A stretch of DNA of 64,000 nt from Rhynchopus sp. YZ270_cl-10. Lineage: Eukaryota. Under the pieces are notes generated by a model. The model was given only the letters and a program-made list of their open reading frames with translations, was not told where the DNA came from and did no database searches. The position numbers were made by a program, and so were the translations under genes. The stretch is from contig OZ037840.1 in the NCBI GenBank assembly GCA_964035575.1, positions 1,116,001-1,180,000 on the forward strand, written 5' to 3'. Shown here in pieces: positions 33,919 to 45,587 of the stretch (within the stretch, counting starts at the first letter, position 1; each line of letters opens with the position of its first letter).

Positions 33919-36589
33919 CTACTTTTATTTGGTCACGAAAGCGCGTGAGACTTTGGTGAGTGTTTCCATATTTTTTACTAAAGTACCACCCTGTTTGGTT
34001 TGTTTTTGTTTTTGTCGGGGGGCATTGCTGGGTCCTTTCACGCGACTTCTTATTTTTCTGTCACCTCATGAAATGAAGGAGGAAATAGAAAGCCCTTTGC
34101 GGTTCTGGGGACGAACCGCGCTGCAGAGACACTCCTTACCAAACAGGTCGAGGTGTGTGCGCTTCACCACAACCTCTGTCTCCCATGGGTTTTATCGTGT
34201 GATGAGTGTTACATTTCTATTTCCGTATTCCTGTTGCAATGCTCGTGAACATGATTTCTTTTCCCGGCATCCACGCAAGTGGTCCCGTTCTCTCCACCCT
34301 TTTTTTTTTGTCTCTGTTTTATTCCCATCCGGAACCTACGTCACACCTAGTTACCCTTGCTCCGATGAACCGATCCATCTGATTTGCGAGTGGAAGAGGG
34401 ACACATCTGTGACCCACAAAAAAAAAAAAATATGTATGTAGGCTAGCACGGTTGGAGTCCGCGCTCCTACACCAAGGTACAGTGTACACGGGAGACTTCC
34501 TTTGTATTTCAAGCCAAAATTTACATTTTTTTTTCCGCTGCTTTTTTTTTTTTACAACGTCTCCGAACTCACTCTGCGCACATAGGAGGCGTATTCGTAT
34601 TGTTTACGTTTTGTCTTTCTCCTTTCTCCCTTCTCCCTTCTCCCTCCCTCTTCCTCTTCATTTCTTTTTATGGTAGAGTCTTAGGTTCTTATGTCTTTTC
34701 ATTTATTTATTTTTGTATTTTTGACACTTTGCAAATATAATGTGCATAGCTACGAGCAAGACTGCGTGTCTTGTGTGATGTGTGTCCCGTTTCCACAAGG
34801 ACACAGATCCTGATCCACACCGTTTTCTCCTTTACGACTGACAGTAGTCCAAATAAGTTTGGATTTGGGAATCATTTCACACCATTTTTACCGTCTTCGT
34901 AAAAATGTCCGACCGTGCTAATGTTCGAGTAATAAAGTTCGTCCTTTTCCGGATTTTTCTGGAAGTTCGTCCTTTTTTGCGGTCGAACATTTTTACGAAG
35001 ACGGTAACTGCCAAATATGATTGGAAACCAAATGTACATTTGTCAACCCACAGCAATACAGGGGTGACAACGCATCTTCCCGTTTCCTCCAAAAAAGAAA
35101 AAAACTTGGCGGCCAAATAGGTTTAGCGGATTCGGGATGTTTTTTTGGCAATTTGGCGACACATTTTGGATGCCAAACATATTTGGACTTTGTACCAAAA
35201 CGCTTTCTTCCGTTGGGCAACCATCATCAGACCCCCGGCTGGGTTCGTCCCATCCTGAATCGGTGGGTAATGGGTCCGTTCCCTGATATCGCGTTGAAAG
35301 GAGCCTTTCAAGCGTCTGATGGGAATGGACAAATGTATATCAAGCATGAAGTCGTCGAGGTTGTGGGTTCTCAAACAATAATAATAAAAGAATGTCTCGT
35401 TTTACAACCTGGCATCAAAACAATTTTACACCAGGGGTTAAGTTTGACCCGGTTTTCCGGTTTTGAAAACCGGGTTTTCCCGGTTTCCGGTTTTTTCAAA
35501 AAAAAAAAAAAAATTGAGATTCGGGATTTTTGAAAAAAAATTTTTTTGGACCAGACCTGGACCGGACCTGAAGGAAGTCCGGTTCCCACCCACCCCCCAG
35601 CAGCCCAACCTCCTCATATCGAGCAAGAATAAGGGATCGGCGATCATAAAAAAGTAGCGTACCGTGGCTGCGCCTGTGGCGCAGCCAAAATTTATGAGCA
35701 GTAGCCCTACCATGCCATAGTTTGGCTGTGAAAATGTTCGATTTTATATCACAGCTGTGAGGAGTATATTAACGCGTTTATTGGCGAAGAGCGACGCCTC
35801 AGTTACCTCCCCCTGGCGGATCTTTGTGCCGCACAAACACTGGCTATGGAAGTCAGAAAAAGTCGTTCAAAGAGCTGGTGGGTTTAGACCTGGGGCTGGG
35901 TAGAATTTTGGGTCGCTGGCATTTTTTTGTGACTTTTCATCATTATTTTTGTGTGGGTGGGAAAAACCGGAAAAAACCGGAAAAACCGGGATTTGGCGAA
36001 AAATAAAAAAGCTAACTTATCCGCTGTTTTACACAAAGTAAAAAAAAAAAAAGTCCCTTTTCCCTTCCCTTTACCTTTTCCCCGAATTCTCTATAAAACC
36101 TCAAGCAGTGGCAGGGGCTCGTTGTCTATAATTCAACATTTTTTTTGTTTTTTGCATATCTAGATATTGACAAATTTGGTCCGTCTATGAACGGGGAGAG
36201 ATTTTTTCACTAACTCCCAGTCGCGTCTTACAGGCTCTCACAGACTCTCACTAACTCTCAGTAAGCTCTCATAGCTCTACAAGCCCACAGCTCTCACAGC
36301 CTGTTTTGCGTGTCTCACGGAGATGATCACAGATGGATATGGGTCATAGATGGCCCAAACTTGGACGTTTTATTGAACCGTGCCCAACTAAACCTCACAG
36401 CAGCAACAACACTACAGAAGCATACAAAACACCACACAGCCTATCTCTATAGTTTCCCTCAACCCCCCCGGACAGAGAGGGAAAAAGAAAAGTTGGAAAA
36501 AAAGGGTGTCGGGGCGATTTTTCTTTTTGTGGTGACATCACTGCCACAAAAAGAAAAAGAGCCCAACACGTTGTACGTTATCATCTCGG

Positions 36590-36648
36590 ATTTTTCCCCC
36601 TCCCACCCCCGTTTTTTTGTACTCGCTTTCCCTTTTCTTTTCCTTTAG
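36590..36648 (+). promoter_or_regulatory. Polypyrimidine tract + AG, candidate acceptor for B2
   Basis: Long pyrimidine run ending ...CTTTTCCTTTAG about 36 nt before ATG 36685. Confidence 0.5.
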
Positions 36649-36684
36649 TTTTTTATAACTTCCACCACGTTTCTTAGTTTTTTT

Positions 36685-39600
36685 ATGGCAGGGCCACAGT
36701 ATAGCATGGTGCTCTGGAGGATGCTTCTGTGTGTCACATTGCTGCATCCTCTAGCTGTCGCAGCCACTCAGCACATCATGGCAGACGTTCAGGCAGAAGG
36801 GGAGACACACCAACCGATTCTGCTGATGGGTGTTCTCGCCTCGTCACCACCACTGGCGCCGCACAAGAACTCTTTTTCTCCATTGGTGCCATGTGAGGTG
36901 TTGGTGAAGTGGAGTGCAGACGGGACGCCAAAGAAGCAGTCCTGTGCACGAGGCGGCTTTCCTGCGATAGCAGCATGGATGCGTGCCACTGCAGTGGGAA
37001 GCAGAGGCACCATCAAAATCTTGTCGCCTGACTTCCGTTCGCGAACCGTGGGAGCACACCCTATGGGGCTGGCCATGAATTATGAGGCATGGGAGCGTCT
37101 TGGGCTTGACGTCGTGACGCTCAGAGACGAACACCTGATGAACTCCCGACAGAAGCCTGGTGCTTCTGCTGCGTCGTTCATTGAAAACTCGAAACGCCCC
37201 TTTCTGCAGTCAGACATGATCATCACTGAAGTGTACGCGTCGCTGTACGGGCTTTTTGTGGATGTGTTCATGAAGCAGGTTGACGACGTGCTGATTGGTG
37301 TTCTGGTGATCTGGTCGGAACGGTTGGGAAGCAGAAGGGAGCGGAGCTTTCCACATGGCGACCTGCTGCCAGTGTTGACGGCGCGACTGCGGAAGAGAGG
37401 GGTGGTGCAGATAGTGGTCCTGCGGATAGGGCACACCACGGGCAGTGCGAGGGAGGAGATGGTGGAGCTGACAGGACACGACATCGATGTGGTGTTGTAC
37501 GACGGCGGCGGGCAGACGACGGACACCGAAGAGGCCCAGCAGAGCCTTGCCTCCTTCCGGAAGAACGGGACTGCCATCATCGTTGCAGAAGAGTACGCCG
37601 GGAGCGCTGCCTACCCGTTCGTCGCACTCAGCCTCGTCCAGAGCAAAGCCTCGCAGACATGGAGCTACACCTTGAAGGAAGCAGTGCCGCACAGCACGCT
37701 GCCACCTGGGATTGACGTTGGCCCTGACAGTGCGTACATGGAAGATCTGATATGGGCACAACGCCAGGTCGATACAACACGTGACAACGACTACGTGGTG
37801 GCGACATCGCTGGCGACGATGCATGCCGCGCAGACACGGGGCACGTTGCCGTGTCGTGAGGGTGAGTGTGAGTTGGGGCGGATGACAGCAGACGCCTTTT
37901 TACATCAAATGCAGACGGACGTTGCCCTTGTGAACGCAGGCTCGGTTCGTGGTCTTGGCTGGGGTGCAGGCAACATCACGATCTCCCATCTGTGGCAGAC
38001 GTTTCCCTTTGCGAACACACTGTGCAGAGTCAACGTCTCGGGGACTGTGCTCCTGTCGATACTGAACCACGGTGCAAGCAACCTTCTGCCAACAGGACGC
38101 TTCGACCCTGCTAAGAAGGAGGGTCTCTTTGCGCAGGTCGGTGGTGTGCGGTACGGGATCAACCCAACGCTTGATGTGCCCTTCCGTGTGTTCGCTGCCG
38201 AAGTGCTCGACACAGCCTCAGGTGAGTACCGTGAGATCGAGAGAAGACGGCACTACAGTGTGGCGCTGTCGTCCTTCCTTGCAGGCGGTGGTGACAACTA
38301 TGCTATGTTCAACCCCGACACACGCACCTACCAAGAAGGGTCGCTGGACTGCACACTCACAACGGTGCTCGAGGCAACTGAAGCATACCTGCAGCACATG
38401 GGTGAGTACACCCCCTTCCTATCAGGCGCGATCTGGAAGAACGACACTGAAGCAGCACTGATACTGCAGAACAAGACCCGCGAGATGTGCACGAAGTACC
38501 AGAGGTACGACACCTACTGGGCGGACTGCGTGGACTGTCCACCGGGCTTCTGGCACCCAGAGCCGGATACGGAGTTCTGTGTGGAGGACGTGAAGGACGG
38601 GGAGAACAACACAATCCTGGTGGTGGTGCTGGCAGTGTTGGGTGGTGTCGTCCTGCTTATATTGATCCCGATTGCGTGGAAGATGACAGAGAAGCAGCGC
38701 CGCATCAACGCGCTCTTCAACAACAACAAGATTGCAGAGGAGTGTGCCATTGCGGTTATGGACCTCCGTCTTGGCGACCTTGACTACCTCCACGAGCTGG
38801 AGAAGCCGAACACGATTCAGTCTGCGTTTATTGCCATCACGAAGCAGATGAAGGTGTACATGGAGTTTATGCCCAAGAACCTGATTGCGAACTACCAGAC
38901 GGCCACTTTGGACAGCTCCTTCAAGGCCAGCTACACCGAGAGCGACGGTGACCTCGACACCTCCCTGGCGAACCGTTCCGACACGCTAGGTGGCAACCCC
39001 CTGCACTCCCCCAGCCGTGCTGCCAGCTGCGCCTCCTCCACCACACAGTACCACCGTGGCTCAGGCGCACGCAACCTGCAGAACACTTTCTCCAAACGCC
39101 GCCACGTCTCCGTCCTCGCACTGAACAGCCGAGCACACACGACACTCTGCGCACGCGAGCAGGCTGTCGTCATCCACTCCTCCTACATAGAAATCTTCCA
39201 CACCATCGTAGCCGCGAACAAAGGCATCGCAGAACCTATGTGCGGCGACCGCGTTGCTGCCAGCTGGAACACCTGCGTGGACCGAACCGGGCATATGGTG
39301 CTTGCATGCAAAACTGCGCTGGCGCTCCGCAAAATGCGCGAATGCGGGATCACCCCCCAGATCGGTGTCGCCAGCGGGAAGAGCGAATTCGGCTTATACG
39401 GTGGCGCTGGTACTAAGAAGTACGACATCATCGGCCCGGTCCTGCCAGCAGCCTCGATCTTGATGTTGCTGAACAAGCAGTACGGCACAACCTCCTTGGT
39501 CTCGCCCTCCGTCTCCCAGGAAGTGGGCCCGACGTTCTACACGCACATCATCGACTACGTGACGTACACGAAGCTGCAAAGCGGCTTCATAGCAGAGTTG

Positions 39601-39816
39601 GTCAACGAACGTCCGGTCCCCGCACAGTACGACTTCATGTACGAACAAGGAGACACAGACCCCTACGCGCAAGTCAACTCGGAGTGGGTGAACTTCATCA
39701 GAACCGGACACATTACGTTAGATTCCACCTCGTTGACAGGAAAGCTTCTGCAGCTCAAATCCGATGGGTTTTCTGGCGACTATCTGGGTGAGCAAGCCTC
39801 GCTCGATTTAATGTGA
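36685..39816 (+). CDS. Family B receptor (B2)
   Basis: Ectodomain near-identical to B1; divergent cyclase-like domain (VSVLALNSRAH, EPMCGDRVAASWN, KKYDIIGPVLPAASIL). Confidence 0.85.
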   Translation: MAGPQYSMVLWRMLLCVTLLHPLAVAATQHIMADVQAEGETHQPILLMGVLASSPPLAPHKNSFSPLVPCEVLVKWSADGTPKKQSCARGGFPAIAAWMRATAVGSRGTIKILSPDFRSRTVGAHPMGLAMNYEAWERLGLDVVTLRDEHLMNSRQKPGASAASFIENSKRPFLQSDMIITEVYASLYGLFVDVFMKQVDDVLIGVLVIWSERLGSRRERSFPHGDLLPVLTARLRKRGVVQIVVLRIGHTTGSAREEMVELTGHDIDVVLYDGGGQTTDTEEAQQSLASFRKNGTAIIVAEEYAGSAAYPFVALSLVQSKASQTWSYTLKEAVPHSTLPPGIDVGPDSAYMEDLIWAQRQVDTTRDNDYVVATSLATMHAAQTRGTLPCREGECELGRMTADAFLHQMQTDVALVNAGSVRGLGWGAGNITISHLWQTFPFANTLCRVNVSGTVLLSILNHGASNLLPTGRFDPAKKEGLFAQVGGVRYGINPTLDVPFRVFAAEVLDTASGEYREIERRRHYSVALSSFLAGGGDNYAMFNPDTRTYQEGSLDCTLTTVLEATEAYLQHMGEYTPFLSGAIWKNDTEAALILQNKTREMCTKYQRYDTYWADCVDCPPGFWHPEPDTEFCVEDVKDGENNTILVVVLAVLGGVVLLILIPIAWKMTEKQRRINALFNNNKIAEECAIAVMDLRLGDLDYLHELEKPNTIQSAFIAITKQMKVYMEFMPKNLIANYQTATLDSSFKASYTESDGDLDTSLANRSDTLGGNPLHSPSRAASCASSTTQYHRGSGARNLQNTFSKRRHVSVLALNSRAHTTLCAREQAVVIHSSYIEIFHTIVAANKGIAEPMCGDRVAASWNTCVDRTGHMVLACKTALALRKMRECGITPQIGVASGKSEFGLYGGAGTKKYDIIGPVLPAASILMLLNKQYGTTSLVSPSVSQEVGPTFYTHIIDYVTYTKLQSGFIAELVNERPVPAQYDFMYEQGDTDPYAQVNSEWVNFIRTGHITLDSTSLTGKLLQLKSDGFSGDYLGEQASLDLM

Positions 39817-40658
39817 GAAGGAAAAAAAAAACGAAGGACAAAGGACATGAAGATCTGATCTAACACCACATCGTCCAACGTCAGAATACGACTGCTGAGG
39901 GTTGGGGTTGGGTTTTGGGGACGAGGTGTTTTTTTCAATTTTTTTTTTGTGTTATCAAGCATTGACGAATAGAAATGTAAAACGACGGATGGTGCGTGCC
40001 CGCTTTAGCGTATTGGTTTTCCACTAACATCACTCACATTCAATCAGTGAAAAAACACAAACCTTTTGCGGTGCGATAAAACGAAAAAGTGTTTTCTTTA
40101 TTTCATTTAACTGTCATATTCTGAAGTCGTTTTCTATTTTTTTTTTTTTTTAAATAGGCCAAGCTTTGAAATACAACCCGCTCGTAGCAGTGTATCTTGG
40201 TACAATGGCTGTATCGGGGTGGACCCCATGCAGTCCTACAATCCATTTCGAGGTTTACATCAGACTTTATAAGCTGAAGCTCCCTTACGCATCTGATGTA
40301 TCGAATTGTATGAAGGCGGTGTTAGTAGTTACTCAGTTTGTCAGTACTACCAGGGAGGGGCGGCCCGAGGGGGGTGAGTTCGTCCCATGCCACATGGTGG
40401 AATCCTCTCATTTTTCTTTCTCTTCCACCACCAAAAAAAAGCGATGAGGCCGAGAGGTTGATTCTCAAAGTCCACAGTTTTGTTTTGTTTTGTTTTGTTT
40501 TGGTTATTTTTTGTTATTTTTTTTTTATACCTACAAAAGCGTTAGCTTAAAGGAGACAAATAGTTCCTCAGATACGGGTCGCCAATTACCCCCCCTTCCA
40601 ACAGGGTAATTGAGCAATCAACGAAAAAAACCCTTTTTTCCCCTTAAAACCTATACAG

Positions 40659-41089
40659 CATGGATGTCCAAAGTACTTGAAGTATATCAAGTACTTGATC
40701 CCCCAAAAAACCCAATACTTGATACTTGAAGTACTTGACACCCTATTTTTTTTTTCTAGTACTTTTTTACTTGTTCTCCCTCTGTCAAGTACTTTTTTCA
40801 CAAAAAAAACATCAAGTACTTGCTCAAGTACAAAAAAAAGTGGGTACTTGATCAAGTACTTGACGTTTTTTTTTGCGAAAACAAGTACTTGACAGACCCT
40901 GTCAGAGGGTAAAAAAGTAAAAAAGTACGAGAAAAAAAAATAGGGTATCAAGTACTTGATTTATGTTAAGTACTTGATCAATCTTCAAGTACTTGGCTGT
41001 CATTTTGAGAGGGAAAAAAGGGGGGGTCAAGTACTTCTAGTGCCATAAAAAATCCGAAAAAAGTACTTCAAGTACTTTGGACATCCATG
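40659..41089. mobile_element. MITE with CATGGATGTCC TIRs and many AAGTACTT palindromes
   Basis: CATGGATGTCCAAAGTACTTGAAGTA ... TACTTCAAGTACTTTGGACATCCATG; the TSD TATACAG is recoverable after removing the next element. Confidence 0.85.
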
Positions 41090-41093
41090 TATA

Positions 41094-41780
41094 CCTACCC
41101 CCCCCCGTGCATAAGTCCGACCCCCATGACCCGTGCATAAGTCCGATGACCCGTGTATAAGTCCGGGAAGATTTGGGTTCAGGATCGGACTTATGCACAG
41201 GCCGACTTATACACCGGTTTTGTGTACTGGTGGTGGAGGAAAATTTTTTTTGGGGCGTTTTCCCGCTCGCGAAGCGAGCGGGGAAAATTTTTAAGGTGTT
41301 TTTCCGCGAGCGAAGCGAGCGCAATTTTATTTTTATTTTTTGGCGGTGTATTCACCAGGGATCATCTTCACGCTTCTCATGTCAAAACATCATCCTCACA
41401 ATTCTCAAAGATGTGAACCTGTTACTGCAACATTGTGGAAGACTTTGCACCCCAAACACCCTCAACAGCCAAAAGGTGCCCTTGTTGCTGGGAGTTGGTT
41501 CTCATGTTTGATACCTCATTCCTGTTTGGCCTGCGGCGTTGTACCGAAGGTGCACGACTACAGGGTCTGGTGGTGAATTTTGCGGTGTCACATTCCCTCA
41601 TGTGGGTCACTCACACTGAGGTCATGTGCCACTGCATGGGTCTGGGTACCTGGGTGCACAAAACCGGTGTATAAGTCCGATACCCGTGCATAAGTCCGAA
41701 ACCCCGTGTATAAGTCCGAGGGCCCTCAGCCCCCCCAAAAATCGGACTTATACGCAGACTTATGCACGGGGGGGGGTAGG
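41094..41780. mobile_element. MITE with CCTACCCCCCCCGTGCATAAGTC TIRs, TA TSD
   Basis: TA|CCTACCCCCCCCCGTGCATAAGTC ... GACTTATGCACGGGGGGGGGTAGG|TA; related ends at 12640, 24143 and 43124. Confidence 0.85.
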
Positions 41781-41837
41781 TACAGAGTTTACTATATTTT
41801 TTATTTTATTTTTCATTTTGCGCTTTTCTCACTTCAC

Positions 41838-44254
41838 CAGGGCTATCGGTAAGAAGGGGTTTTGGGGGGCATCATATATCATATTTCATATTTCAAAATC
41901 ATATTTCAAAAAAAAAAAAAAAAAAACACGAGTTTACGGGCAAAAACCCATTCCGAGCTTTCGGCCCCGCACGTTGGCGGGGCATCTCCCCTCATATGTG
42001 GATATGTCCGGAAAATTTTCAGGAAAGTGCCGGGCATATACACATCAAAATGGGTCCGGACATATCCACGGGGGGGATAGGTACTTAAAAAATGGAATTG
42101 AAAGCTGTGTTCAAAATCTTTCAATTGCGGCGAGGTACGATCAAAAATTTGCATCTGGGGTCCCTTTACCGGTTGGAAAGTCCCAAAAACCAAAACTCAA
42201 AAGTGGGTCCAGGGATTACGCAGCTCCCCCAAAAATAAAAAAGTACGTATGGATTTTCAACACGTACAATTCTAAGCAAAAACAATTCGCGCTTTGGTTG
42301 AGAAGGGCTGTGAAAGTTCGAAGAACTGGAGAAATCATCAGTCATGGCACTGGCGAAGCCACGGTACGCAACATTTCTTAAAAATCTTTACATAAAATGT
42401 CACTTTCGTCGGTAACTATGGTCTAGTTCCCTAAATATTACTTCCATATTTTGATAAAACGAAAGTTTCTGGCGAAGCCACGGTACGCAACATTTCTAAA
42501 AATTGCGATTAAAATTGCCTACTATGTCACGGGAAGGGTGTACTGCAATCTAGCGCCGCAGGCGCACGGTACGCTACTTTTTCTTTCGCCATGCTGCATG
42601 CTCCTTTTCCGGTAAAATAGAAAATTGTCTCCTACAAATAGAATTCTGTAGGGGGTAGGTGAGAGGTGGGGGCGGAGCCCCACCCCTCACCCTCACCTAC
42701 CCCACCCCAGCCCCAATCCAAAACCCAAATTACCTACGTATGGACACGTATGGATTCCACCTTTTCAAAAACAATTCACGTATGGATTTCCATACGTTCC
42801 ACACGTGGAGCGTAATCTCTGAGTGGGTCCAAAAAACGACTTGGGGTCTAAGGGGTTAACAAAAATTTAAAGTTTAAGGTGTACCTCTGCGAGCGTAGCG
42901 AGCGGAAAATTTTTAAGGTGTACTTCCGCGAGCGAAGCGAGCGGGAAAAAAAATGAAGGTGTACCTCCGCGAGCGAAGCGAGCGGGAAATTTTTTGAAGG
43001 TGTACATTAAACTTTAAACAAGGGGGTACGCCCACTTTTGTCGTCATCCTAAACTACCCGAAATTGAGCCCAATTGCATTTCCGGATTGATTGCGGAAAG
43101 TGGTAAATGAACAACACCAAATACCTACGCCCCCCCGTGCATATGTCCGTGTTGGTCGAGGCTCGGACATATCAGCCAAAATCTGCTTAGCCGTATATAA
43201 TGGCCTGTTTTTGGAGCCACTTTAAAGTGATAAAAAATCCGCCAAAAAAAATGTTGCGACCCCGGAATTTTTTCAGATCGATCCGGAAATTCATATACGC
43301 GCCTTTTCGGGTGAAAATATTACACCCCCGGCCTCTCAAACGTACTTGACCGTGGACAGGTGGATTTTATCGATTTTATGGCCCGGGCACATTCTGAAAA
43401 AAAATATTCTTGGAAAGATAGGGTGCGAAAACGTTCAATTCCGGGGTCGGACGGTCAAAAATATGCATCTGGGGCGAGCGAGTGGGCGGCGGGAGAATGG
43501 GTACTATGTACTGGGTACTATACAGTGTACTTTGTACGGTGAGGAAATCGCCTCTTTGGGTCCAACACAGTGATGTCTCTAAATTAGATTTTTTTTGTCA
43601 AAAGTTGTCGATTTTTTTTTCTTTGGATTTATTTTTGACAAATCTTTCATTTGCGACCATTTTTGTCAACTGGAAACACACTCCACGGTACGCAACTTTT
43701 GGTGGAGCCGACCACTCTTTCTGCACTGAAAATCCCCTGTATTACATGCACAAAGCATTGGAGCCACTTTTTTTTAACTTCTACTCCACTAAAATGGTCG
43801 ATTTTTTTTCCTATGAAACGCGGGGGGCTCGGAAATCCATATACGCCCATTTTCGGGGTGTTTGGAAAATAAGTTCTCACCTGAGGCGGCGGAGAGCAAA
43901 AGTGAAAAAACTGCCGACGTCATTTCAGAATATAATTTTTTTTTATTTTTTTGAAATTTTTTTGGGATTGAAATCAGGGGATCGAAATGAGTTAAATGCG
44001 GGGTCGTAGGCTCAAAAATTTGCATCTGTGGTTTATTAAGTGAACGAGGCCCCGAAGTATACGGCTAAGCAGATTTTGGCTGATATACACATACTCAGTT
44101 CAGGTAGTATACTACAGTGTACAGCGGCAAAAACCCATTCCGAGCTTTCGGTCCGGTACGTTGGCGGGGCATCTCCGCTCATATGTGGCCCGGTAGACCC
44201 ATTCCGAGCTTTCGGTCCGCACGTTGGCGGGGCATCTCTGTTCATATGTGGCCT

Positions 44255-44289
<35 letters not shown>

Positions 44290-44332
44290 GAAAAAAGGCG
44301 ATCATATTTCATATCTCTTACCGATAGCCCTG
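41838..44332. mobile_element. Non-autonomous TIR element CAGGGCTATCGGTAAGA with nested insertions
   Basis: TIRs at 41838 and 44316-44332; TSD TCACTTCAC (41829-41837) is recovered at 45088-45096. Confidence 0.8.
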
Positions 44333-44334
44333 TC

Positions 44335-45081
44335 CAGGCCTAATGCTAACTTTGGGGGAGGGGGGAAAAAAGTGAACCAGCGGAAAAAAAAAAAAAAAAA
44401 GCGAAAAAAAATTTTCCCTCTGGGAAGGGGTCCAGGGTTTTCGCTTATTTCCATGAATTTCTCCCCCCCAAAACCGTGAAGATATGTCCAAAAAGGGGTC
44501 AAAAAAAATTTTTTTTTGCGCTCCGCGCGAAAAGGTCCGTTCATTTCGCGTAAATACGTGATGACGTGGGATGGTAACGTGCATCAAGAACCAAACCCGC
44601 CCTTTTCTCACGTTTTCCCACGTCAAGCCGTCGCACTAGGTTCTCTCTTGTAAACGCAACCTTCCCTCAGTACAAGAAGAAACGGCGGTTGACATCAAAA
44701 CTTTCTGGCGAAGCCACGGTACGCAACATTTCAAAAATTGTGACCTAAAACCGAACATTTTTACAGCCAAACTATGGTAGAGGTCTGTGGGCTGCCAGTT
44801 TTTGAGCTGCGCCGCAGGCGCACGGTACGCTACTTTTTTTATTTTTGCCGGCAAGGGGGGCGCATCATTGAGTCCCTGGAACAAGTCTCCATCGTCACCT
44901 CCTGAAGATGCGGGCAGGCGCCCACATCTCCAGGACCAAGGTACCCACGGCATACCACAGGCAGAGAATCCCCCCAGCCCAAAAAACCCCCATTTTAAGG
45001 GTGAACCAGCGAACCAGCGGATAAAAAAAAAAAATAATAAATAAAAGTGAACCAGCGAACCAGCGGATAGCATTAGGCCTG
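44335..45081. mobile_element. hAT-type MITE CAGGCCTAATGCTA with 8-bp TSD
   Basis: GCCCTGTC|CAGGCCTAATGCTA ... TAGCATTAGGCCTG|GCCCTGTC. Confidence 0.88.
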
Positions 45082-45459
45082 GCCCTGTCACTTCACTACG
45101 AAAAAAAAAAAATAGCCCTCCCCTCCACCCTCCCCCCCCTCTACCTTACCTTTCCCTACAGGGGTTGCAGGAAGGTGGTGGTGGTGGGGGGGAAAACCAT
45201 TATTAAATCAGTGTATCGCATCTGTGCCTTTTTTGATGCATTTTGCACGCTTCCGACTTCGCGTCTTCCAACACTCCTCACCTCCCACCCCCTGAACCCT
45301 TTACACCACGGCCCAGTATGAGCAATGACAAGGGTATGACTCAGTTACATGAAGACCAAATAATGGCAAGACTCCTGTCAAATGACGGAACCTAACTCCA
45401 TTCAGCACAGATAAACAGTGTAATGGGGTAGGTATTTGAGCAGGGGTTTTTGTCATTTA

Positions 45460-45587
45460 CAGTAGGACAAAAAACTTGGTGACCAAAAAAAAATAATTGG
45501 CAACCAAATAATATGGGCAGATTTTGGGGGTTTTGTTGTAATATTGGCGACTTTTTTTGGTCGCCAATATTACTTATTGTCATACTG
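45460..45587. mobile_element. Small TA-flanked MITE CAGTAGGACAA (second copy ~56704-56824)
   Basis: TA|CAGTAGGACAA ... TTGTCATACTG|TA; internal sequence shared with 56704-56824. Confidence 0.75.
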
